Source: a virus (Duplodnaviria; Heunggongvirae; Uroviricota; Caudoviricetes). From it: DNA of 4,809 nucleotides. The translations under genes and the position numbers were made by a program. The DNA is taken from the IMG/VR virus record IMGVR_UViG_2660238600_000005, one strand, 5' to 3'. Of this stretch, positions 1 through 4,809 are shown one piece after another (the first letter of the stretch is position 1; each line of letters starts with the position of its first letter). A model generated the notes under the pieces. The model had not been told where the DNA came from and did not search any database. It was given only the letters and a program-made list of their open reading frames with translations.

Positions 1-711
1 TTACGCCTTCTTTATATCCTCCATAATTCCAGAGTGGGACATATTTGGGACATTATCACCAAAAATGTCGTCTATTTTCCTCGCATGCTCTGTCAAATGA
101 TTAGGCGCAAGGTGAGCATACCTACGAACCATTTCTATGGACTCCCATCCGCCCATTTCCTGAAGCACTGATAATGGGACGCCTGACTGAATCAGCCAGC
201 TTGCCCAGGTGTGTCTGAGGTCATGGAAACGGAAATCTTCAATTCCTGCACGACGACAAGCTGATAGCCATGATGTCTTGCTGTCGATGCGCATCTTCCT
301 GACTGCAGGCGTTGATGTTCCATCTGCTCGCTTAGCCGCCTTGGTATGTACAAACACCCATTTGTGATGCTTGCCTATTTGATCACGCAACACTTTACAG
401 GCGGTATCGTTCAGCGCCACACCAATGGCGCGGTTTGATTTGCTCTCTTCTGGATTCACCCAGGCAACTCGTCGCTGCATGTCGATTTGTTGCCATTCCA
501 GATTTATGATGTTCGACTTTCTCAGACCAGTTGCCAGCGCAAACTTGACGACAGATTTCAGTGGTTCGGGGCACTCATCAATAAGGCGTTTTGCTTCCTC
601 CTTTTCCAGCCATCTGACTCGCTTGTTTCTGACCGCTGGTATCTTGATGACAGGCGCTTTTTCCAGCCACTTCCAGTCGCGTTCTGCAGCACGGAGAATG
701 GCCTTTATCAT
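1..711 (-). CDS. int: Tyrosine recombinase / phage integrase, catalytic domain only; N-terminal arm-binding and core-binding domains absent, so possibly a truncated remnant
   Basis: 236-aa ORF with ATG at 711-709 and TAA at 3-1. Tyrosine-recombinase active-site pattern is present: Arg in [12 protein letters not shown]-x-x-R in [15 protein letters not shown], and the Tyr in VRRYAHL. Reading the same frame upstream of the Met gives only 24 codons before a stop at 786-784, and no integrase-like N-terminus is seen in another minus frame. Confidence 0.85.
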   Translation of the reverse strand: MIKAILRAAERDWKWLEKAPVIKIPAVRNKRVRWLEKEEAKRLIDECPEPLKSVVKFALATGLRKSNIINLEWQQIDMQRRVAWVNPEESKSNRAIGVALNDTACKVLRDQIGKHHKWVFVHTKAAKRADGTSTPAVRKMRIDSKTSWLSACRRAGIEDFRFHDLRHTWASWLIQSGVPLSVLQEMGGWESIEMVRRYAHLAPNHLTEHARKIDDIFGDNVPNMSHSGIMEDIKKA

Positions 712-778
712 GGCAAGATGCTTTGCCTTTGTCTGAGTTGATACCGCCGGGCTGCCAAACGTCAGCGAGCTGGTTGAT

Positions 779-1096
779 ATGGTTTACGAGTATTGCCGGA
801 AGCGTGGTCTGTATCCGGATGCAGAGTCTTATCCGTGGAAATCAAACGCGCACTACTGGCTGGTTACCAACCTGTATCAGAACATGCGGGCCAATGCGTT
901 GACTGACGCGGAATTACGGCGCAAGGCTGCCGATGAACTGTCCTGTATGACCGCGCGAATTAACCGTGGTGAGGCGATACCTGAACCAGTAAAACAACTT
1001 CCTGTCATGGGCGGTAGACCTCTAAATCGTGCACAGGCTCTGGCGAAGATCGCAGAAATCAAAGCTAAGTTCGGACTGAAAGGAGCAAGTGTATGA
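779..1096 (+). CDS. Hypothetical phage protein, 105 aa; possibly the 3' remnant of a larger gene
   Basis: ORF from ATG 779 to TGA 1094-1096. No convincing Shine-Dalgarno upstream. The frame stays open back to a stop at 734-736 with no alternative start codon. Its stop overlaps the next gene's start (ATGA at 1093-1096). No family recognised. Confidence 0.45.
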   Translation: MVYEYCRKRGLYPDAESYPWKSNAHYWLVTNLYQNMRANALTDAELRRKAADELSCMTARINRGEAIPEPVKQLPVMGGRPLNRAQALAKIAEIKAKFGLKGASV

Positions 1097-1386
1097 CGGG
1101 CAAAGAGGCAATTATTCATTACCTGGGGATGTATAAGAGCTTCTGTGCGCCGGACGTTGCTGCGGTAACAGGCGCAACAGTAACCAGCATAAATCAGGCT
1201 GCGGCTAAAATGGCGCGGGCAGGAATCTTAGTCATTGATGGTAAGGTCTGGCGAACGGTGTATTACCGGTTCGCTACCAGGGAAGAACGGGAAGGGAAGG
1301 TGGGCACGAACCTGATTTTTAAGGAGTGTCGCCAGAGTGCCGCGATGAAGCGGGTGTTGGCGGTATATGGGAGGACTACAGCATAA
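1093..1386 (+). CDS. Hypothetical protein, 97 aa; possible helix-turn-helix / winged-helix DNA-binding protein
   Basis: ATG 1093 is preceded by AGGAG (1081-1085) at 7-nt spacing and overlaps the upstream stop (ATGA). The segment PDVAAVTGATVTSINQAAAKMARAGILVIDGKVW looks like an HTH followed by a beta wing, by eye only. Confidence 0.55.
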   Translation: MTGKEAIIHYLGMYKSFCAPDVAAVTGATVTSINQAAAKMARAGILVIDGKVWRTVYYRFATREEREGKVGTNLIFKECRQSAAMKRVLAVYGRTTA

Positions 1387-1724
1387 GCATAACTTATGGA
1401 TTATATGGAAAACTGGTAATTATGCTCTTTTCTTATGAAAATAAAGAGAAGTTTTCGCTGGCGTTTTATTTCTTCTGTTTTTTCTTGCGGGTTATTCTGA
1501 TTTGTTTTGATTTGATTTTTTCTGACAAAAGTAGGGAAAAAATATGTCGCAAGTACTTTCTGTCTTTACCTCCTAAATTACATTCTCTATCAAATGTTGC
1601 CATAGTTATGACCCCAGTTTTATATAGTGTTTCAGCAATTTTTCTGTAGTTTTTTTCTCGCAAAATTGAAGAGTTTTTCTTTGCTGTATTTTCAAGGCTA
1701 TCTCCTTGTGGTTTAAGACTATTT

Positions 1725-1778
1725 GGGCCAAAAAACGTTGTGGATACTGCTGCACTTGTTGTCCGTTTTTTTTGGCCC
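1725..1778. repeat. Imperfect ~54-bp palindrome (GGGCC-A6-CG / CG-T8-GGCCC arms around a 26-nt loop) in the AT-rich spacer between convergent gene blocks; candidate bidirectional terminator or protein-binding site
   Basis: Left arm GGGCCAAAAAACG (1725-1737) is complementary to right arm CGTTTTTTTTGGCCC (1764-1778) with two extra T. It lies 86 bp beyond the stop of the leftward Mnt-like gene and downstream of the rightward genes ending at 1386. Confidence 0.55.
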
Positions 1779-1863
1779 ATTTGGATAGTACTTGGGAGAG
1801 GCATGATTTTAATACGCATATAAATAACTCCTCTATCAATTGGATTTTGAGAAAATATTAACA

Positions 1864-2181
1864 TTAATCATGATTAAGGAGTAATTTTAAATCTTCCAAT
1901 AAAATTTGTTTAAACTCTTGTGTTCTATGATCGATATACAACGCAAGTTTGCTTGCATTATCTTCCAGGTCACGTATCTCTCTGTCACCTCGAATAAACC
2001 CAACTAAATTTAAACGTTTAGATAGTTCAGAACTTCCTTCTATGGCATCTTGGAGTATTTGAATGATTTCTGAATTCATTGAGCGCCCGTTTCGTTTGGC
2101 TCGTTCAGCTATAGTTTCACGCATCCCATCAGGGAAACGGAGGTTAAACTTATCGTAGTCTTTTACTTGTTTGTCAGCCAT
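1864..2181 (-). CDS. Mnt/Arc-family ribbon-helix-helix transcriptional repressor, 105 aa, with a C-terminal extension that could be a coiled-coil oligomerisation region
   Basis: N-terminus MADKQVKDYDKFNLRFPDGMRETIAERAKRNGRSMNSEIIQILQDAI matches the Arc/Mnt signature as I recall it (FNLRxP ... NGRSxNSE ... Q). Start chosen at ATG 2181-2179, preceded by a G-run; the track ORF extends to 2211 but the extra 10 residues have no ribosome-binding site and do not fit the family N-terminus. Stop TAA at 1866-1864. Confidence 0.8.
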   Translation of the reverse strand: MADKQVKDYDKFNLRFPDGMRETIAERAKRNGRSMNSEIIQILQDAIEGSSELSKRLNLVGFIRGDREIRDLEDNASKLALYIDHRTQEFKQILLEDLKLLLNHD

Positions 2182-2280
2182 TGGACCCCCCAAAAAAATG
2201 AATGGTGCCATATTGCCACATCAATTCAATGGTGGCATTATGGCCTCATGGTGTCATTGTGGCCTCATGAGGTTATGTCA
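2182..2280. promoter_or_regulatory. Divergent promoter/operator region between the Mnt-like and Arc-like genes
   Basis: Candidate rightward promoter: -35 TTGCCA (2213-2218), 17-nt spacer, -10 CATTAT (2236-2241). Direct repeats TGGCCTCATG at 2241-2250 and 2260-2269 (19-bp register). Perfect 10-bp palindrome CCTCATGAGG at 2263-2272 overlapping the ribosome-binding site of the rightward gene. Further repeats AATGGTG(C/G)CAT at 2200-2210 and 2228-2238. Confidence 0.5.
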
Positions 2281-2439
2281 ATGGAAAAGAAAGAGGTAAA
2301 AATTACCCTTCGCTATCCGCAAAAAGTGAAGGATGAATTCAAGCGAATTGCTCAGGAGGAAGGGATGTCTGAGAACGCAGCTATTGTTCAGGCGCTTGTA
2401 TGGGCATTGAAATTTAGAACACGGATACATGCTCGCTAG
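2281..2439 (+). CDS. Small ribbon-helix-helix (Arc/CopG-like) DNA-binding protein, 52 aa
   Basis: MEKKEVKITLRYPQKVKDEFKRIAQEEGMSENAAIVQALVWAL fits a beta-strand / helix / helix RHH pattern. Start ATG 2281 has GAGG (2269-2272) at 8-nt spacing. The 5' extension of the track ORF (from 2167) translates the operator region and is not accepted. Confidence 0.6.
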   Translation: MEKKEVKITLRYPQKVKDEFKRIAQEEGMSENAAIVQALVWALKFRTRIHAR

Positions 2440-2446
2440 AAACAGC

Positions 2447-2478
2447 GAAGCCCCACTGGCGGCAACCTTAGGGGCTTC
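2447..2478 (-). terminator. Hairpin in the arc-like/ant-like intergenic region; possible terminator of a leftward antisense RNA, by analogy with P22 sar
   Basis: GAAGCCCC (2447-2454) pairs with GGGGCTTC (2471-2478) around a 16-nt loop. On the minus strand the stem is followed by GCTGTTTCT (T-rich); on the plus strand there is no T-run. Confidence 0.3.
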
Positions 2479-2509
2479 TATCGAAAATAACCGCGAAGGA
2501 AATATCGAC

Positions 2510-3178
2510 ATGAGTATTGTAGCAACATCAGATCTGAACTTCCAAGGTGAAGCACTAGTGCCAGTGGCAAATATTGCCGGAATATGGCTAACTTCATCCA
2601 ACCTAGCAAGAGCACTGAAGTATTCGAATAGTCGCGCAGTCACGATGATTTACAACAAATATGCTGACGAATTTTCCAGTAGTATGACTAGAGTGCTTGA
2701 AGTCAGTACCTTAGAGAATGATGTCGAGGTACTTGATCTGAGTACCTCGAAAAGTACTCGAAACTTGAAGAAGAAAGTACGCGTTTTCTCTCTCCGCGGA
2801 GCCCATTTGATCGCCATGTTCGCCCGCACTCCTGTAGCCAAAGAGTTCCGCCGTTGGGTTCTGGATATTCTCGATCGAGAAGTTCAACAATCCCCAATCA
2901 TAAAACAATTCACTGATAACGAACTTTGCACACTTGCTTGGTTGTGGCGAGCTGGGGATGCGATGTTAACCGCCTGCCAGAACGTTACTCCTCTTCTTCA
3001 GGTTGCGGAGCATCGTGAAGCTGGTCGCTTCACTTCTATCGAGCAAGAATATCCCCAGATACTCAATAAGGCACAGGCAATCCTTGCCAGAGAAACGGCA
3101 CATGTAAAATTCCGGCCGTGGCAGGATGATAAGTGGAGTCGAGTTTTGCCGCATTTACGTTCGGATCGATTACAGTAG
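2510..3178 (+). CDS. Bro-N domain protein, antirepressor-like (Ant/Roi-type), 222 aa
   Basis: N-terminal region (FQGEALVPVANIAGIWLTSSNLARALKYSNSRAVTMIYNKYADEF ... VFSLRGAHLIAMFARTPVAKEFRRWVLDIL) matches the Bro-N pattern as I recall it, including the ...AK.FRRWV... motif. Start ATG 2510 has GAAGGA at about 9-nt spacing. The track ORF start at 2429 overlaps the upstream gene and lacks a ribosome-binding site. Stop TAG at 3176-3178. The C-terminal ~95 aa are unassigned. Confidence 0.8.
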   Translation: MSIVATSDLNFQGEALVPVANIAGIWLTSSNLARALKYSNSRAVTMIYNKYADEFSSSMTRVLEVSTLENDVEVLDLSTSKSTRNLKKKVRVFSLRGAHLIAMFARTPVAKEFRRWVLDILDREVQQSPIIKQFTDNELCTLAWLWRAGDAMLTACQNVTPLLQVAEHREAGRFTSIEQEYPQILNKAQAILARETAHVKFRPWQDDKWSRVLPHLRSDRLQ

Positions 3179-3241
3179 ATTCCAATTAACAATGAGAAAC
3201 ACATAGCCACCCCGTGGTATTGAAACCATATAATGTTGGAT

Positions 3242-3270
3242 TTGAAAACAGATCTTTTTCCATGTATTAA
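3242..3270 (+). promoter_or_regulatory. Candidate sigma70 promoter facing the 118-aa gene and nin region
   Basis: -35 TTGAAA (3242-3247), 17-nt spacer, -10 TATTAA (3265-3270) with TG immediately upstream. The spacer contains an imperfect palindrome centred on AGATCT. Confidence 0.3.
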
Positions 3271-3438
3271 TAACTACATCCCCGCGAGTGATTCAAAAAG
3301 GAGGGCCCAATTTTGTCCGAGTTTTTGTATTCCCCCGCATGCCGCTGCGGAGCACTACATCTGAGTGTCTGACTAGGGGATAAAATTAGACTGGATAGTG
3401 AGAAGAAAGTGGCGTGCTAGGCTGTGCCGAGTGCTACC

Positions 3439-3562
3439 AGTACACCCTGGGGGTGTGCAGCTTTCGCCGAGACTGTAGTGGGTATCGGTTAATGCACGAA
3501 AAACCGAGAGGTCAGACAACCAATTTGCCGTAGGATTGTTTCCGGTGCGATACCGGTGTACT
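3439..3562 (+). other. Nested long-range complementarity in an ORF-free region; candidate structured RNA/leader or DNA site of unknown function
   Basis: AGTACACC (3439-3446) is complementary to GGTGTACT (3555-3562), and GGTATCG (3481-3487) to CGATACC (3548-3554). The two 3' partners are contiguous, giving a 15-bp interrupted helix enclosing internal segments. No ORF of 60 aa or more on either strand between 3211 and 3639. Confidence 0.25.
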
Positions 3563-3639
3563 AACTGAAAGCAATGCGAAAAAGCATAAACTCGGTCCTT
3601 CAGTCGCCCTACACACTATTTACTAAGAAGGGCTAAAGC

Positions 3640-3996
3640 ATGGATACAATTATCACATGGATGGGAGATCGTCTGTTGGGGTGGATAACAAACAAATCCG
3701 ATCTGCGGCAGAGGGCAATCACTGGATTAACTCCTGCGATTTGTTCAACAATTTTATATACTGAAAAATTAAAACGTGGTGAGCCTAATAACCCAAACGA
3801 AGAAGAAAAACTTTATAGGCTTTGGTATGAAGCGTCTTCCCAAGTCGTAGACTTTGATCGAGAGCTGGCTAAAAGATGTTTAGATAAATCAGAATATTGG
3901 CTTCATTCTGAATTATATAGCCCTGAGAAAGTTGAAGAGCTAAACATTTCTTTGGTTGGTATGAAGGCAACGCTTGAAGGAATAAAGCACAATTAA
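3640..3996 (+). CDS. Hypothetical protein, 118 aa; orphan accessory (moron-like) gene
   Basis: ATG 3640 has GAAGG (3628-3632) at 7-nt spacing. The ORF is visibly more AT-rich than its flanks. No recognisable motif. Confidence 0.6.
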   Translation: MDTIITWMGDRLLGWITNKSDLRQRAITGLTPAICSTILYTEKLKRGEPNNPNEEEKLYRLWYEASSQVVDFDRELAKRCLDKSEYWLHSELYSPEKVEELNISLVGMKATLEGIKHN

Positions 3997-4085
3997 AACC
4001 TTTGATTTGCGATAATCAACTCGCCATAATCATGTCATCGGAGCCTGAACAACTCCGGTGACTTCTGCGCTAAACGGGGACGTTT

Positions 4086-4187
4086 ATGCGCACACACAAT
4101 CCAAACTCTCTTCTCCCTCCACAGATGCAGAAATGCACCTGCGATATATTGTATCCAGCGTTTCACCTCTACGGAGGTGAAGCGTGA
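4086..4187 (+). CDS. 33-aa micro-ORF coupled to the NinB-family gene; possibly equivalent to ylcH, the small ORF that precedes ybcN in DLP12-type prophages
   Basis: ATG 4086 has GGGGA at 5-nt spacing. Peptide [33 protein letters not shown]. Its TGA (4185-4187) overlaps the GTG start of the next gene (GTGA). The ylcH assignment rests on length and position from memory, not on a sequence match. Confidence 0.4.
   Translation: MRTHNPNSLLPPQMQKCTCDILYPAFHLYGGEA
4161..4182 (+). promoter_or_regulatory. Hairpin sequestering the NinB-family gene's Shine-Dalgarno; likely translational-coupling element
   Basis: CACCTC (4164-4169) pairs with GAGGTG (4174-4179) around loop TACG, extendable by T-A pairs to 8-9 bp. 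GGAGG at 4173-4177 lies in the 3' arm, and GTG 4184 follows. Confidence 0.35.
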
Positions 4188-4639
4188 ACCTACCACAAGA
4201 TGGCATCAAACTGCATCGCGGTAACTTCATCGCTATCGGCCAGCAGATCCAGCCTTATCTGGAGAACGGAAAATGCTTTCGCATGGTGCTTAAACCGTGG
4301 CGTGAGAAACGCAGTCTTTCCCAGAATGCACTCAGCCACATGTGGTACAGCGAAATCAGTGAATACCTCATCAGCAGGGGTAAAACGTTCGCTACTGCAG
4401 CATGGGTAAAAGATGCTCTCAAACACACATACCTCGGTTATGAAAGCAAAGAACTGGTTGATGTCGTAACCGGTGAAATCACTACTATCCAGTCGTTACG
4501 CCATACCTCCGATCTTGATGCCGGAGAGATGTATGTCTTCCTCTGTAAGGTTGAAGCCTGGGCGATGAATATTGGCTGCCACCTGACTATTCCGCAGAGC
4601 TGCGAGTTCCAGCAGCTCCGCGACAAGCAGGAGGCGTAA
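4184..4639 (+). CDS. ninB: NinB/YbcN-family phage recombination protein, 151 aa
   Basis: GTG start at 4184 with GGAGG upstream. Contains the ...[24 protein letters not shown]... segment with the S-x-x-Q-N motif I associate with the NinB family; length and position immediately before ninE match DLP12 ybcN. Stop TAA at 4637-4639. Confidence 0.88.
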   Translation: MNLPQDGIKLHRGNFIAIGQQIQPYLENGKCFRMVLKPWREKRSLSQNALSHMWYSEISEYLISRGKTFATAAWVKDALKHTYLGYESKELVDVVTGEITTIQSLRHTSDLDAGEMYVFLCKVEAWAMNIGCHLTIPQSCEFQQLRDKQEA

Positions 4640-4809
4640 TGGCTACACCGCTTATTCGTGTCATGAACGGACACATCTACAGAGTACCAAATCGTCGTAA
4701 GCGTAAACCTGAGCTGAAGCCTTCCGAAATACCAACACTGCTCGGATATACCGCCAGCCTGGTTGATAAAAAATGGTTGCGACTGGCAGCAAGGAGGAAT
4801 CATGGCTGA
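4639..4809 (+). CDS. ninE: NinE-family small protein, 56 aa
   Basis: Not in the ORF track (below its length cut-off); found by hand translation. ATG 4639 overlaps the ninB stop (TAATG). Peptide [56 protein letters not shown] has the KRKP and YTA.L.D..WLR motifs I recall from NinE. TGA at 4807-4809. Confidence 0.8.
   Translation: MATPLIRVMNGHIYRVPNRRKRKPELKPSEIPTLLGYTASLVDKKWLRLAARRNHG
4802..4809 (+). CDS. 5' end of the next nin-region gene, running off the window; possibly ybcO-like
   Basis: AGGAGG (4792-4797) followed by ATG 4802 (ATG GCT GA...), out of frame with and overlapping the ninE 3' end. Only 8 nt are visible. Confidence 0.3.

Noticed and set aside
425-741. Plus-strand ORFs 425-736 (103 aa) and 487-741 (84 aa)
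   Set aside because: They lie entirely antisense to the integrase catalytic-domain coding sequence and have low-complexity, Ser/Arg/Phe-rich translations typical of shadow ORFs.
877-1119. Minus-strand ORF of 80 aa
   Set aside because: Antisense to the 779-1096 and 1093-1386 coding regions, with an Ala/Arg-rich shadow-frame composition and no ribosome-binding site.
1326-1649. Plus-strand ORF of 107 aa, including an internal 75-aa hydrophobic version starting at ATG 1422
   Set aside because: Its 5' part overlaps the end of the 1093-1386 gene in another frame. The remainder translates a T-rich low-complexity tract into Phe/Leu/Ile runs, which is expected by chance in AT-rich DNA, and has no convincing ribosome-binding site. 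A small membrane peptide cannot be fully excluded.
1606-1839. Minus-strand ORF of 77 aa
   Set aside because: It begins with TTG, has no ribosome-binding site, spans the 54-bp palindrome, and overlaps the longer 1466-1864 ORF in another frame; treated as spurious.
2167-2280. 5' extension of the Arc-like ORF (track start 2167); likewise the extension of the Mnt-like ORF to 2211 and of the Ant-like ORF to 2429
   Set aside because: The extensions translate the divergent operator/promoter region or overlap the upstream gene, lack ribosome-binding sites, and add N-terminal residues that do not fit the RHH or Bro-N family starts. Internal starts with a Shine-Dalgarno were preferred.
2278-3210. Minus-strand ORFs 2278-2643, 2650-2841, 2703-2897, 2711-2908, 2966-3154 and 2998-3210
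   Set aside because: All are antisense to the Arc-like and Bro-N genes, which have clear family signatures; none has a start context or recognisable motif.
3220-3234. Consensus TATAAT hexamer at 3229-3234 with TTGAAA at 3220-3225
   Set aside because: The two hexamers are only 3 nt apart, so they cannot form a -35/-10 pair. The best alternative -35 for this TATAAT (TAGCCA with 19-nt spacing) is weak, so the 3242-3270 candidate was preferred.
3180-3640. Type III toxin-antitoxin RNA repeats, a retron ncRNA, a tRNA/tmRNA or a CRISPR array in the ORF-free region
   Set aside because: No tandem repeat periodicity (the recurring GCCGAG pentamers do not extend into aligned repeat units), no T-loop-like GTTCRANYC with a matching acceptor stem, no reverse transcriptase gene downstream, and no repeat-spacer structure.
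3997-4085. Possible intrinsic terminators after the 118-aa gene (hairpins AAACG-GGGA-CGTTT and CGGAG...CTCCG)
   Set aside because: Short stems with no downstream T-run, so not convincing as rho-independent terminators.
4190-4803. ORFs 4190-4426 (minus), 4200-4409 (plus, other frame) and 4438-4803 (minus)
   Set aside because: They are embedded in or antisense to the NinB and NinE coding sequences, which have clear family signatures.

Overview
This 4.8-kb window reads as a mosaic fragment of a lambdoid (DLP12-like) prophage or prophage remnant from an enterobacterial genome. All calls are from reading the sequence and ORF track by eye; no database search was run. From left to right: (1) a minus-strand tyrosine integrase that has a complete catalytic domain but no N-terminal DNA-binding domains; (2) two translationally coupled plus-strand genes of unknown function; (3) a strongly AT-rich spacer holding a ~54-bp imperfect palindrome; (4) a P22 immI-like module, with a leftward Mnt/Arc-family ribbon-helix-helix repressor, a divergent repeat-rich promoter/operator region, a rightward 52-aa RHH protein and a Bro-N-domain antirepressor-like protein; (5) a ~460-bp ORF-free region with a candidate promoter, a strong orphan Shine-Dalgarno and nested long-range complementarity; (6) a lower-GC 118-aa orphan gene; (7) a 33-aa micro-ORF coupled to a NinB/YbcN-family gene, then NinE and the first codons of the next gene. 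No rRNA, tRNA, CRISPR array or IS element was seen. The most likely places for something undescribed are the 3180-3996 cassette and the AT-rich island at 1387-1863, but neither can be assigned a function from sequence alone.
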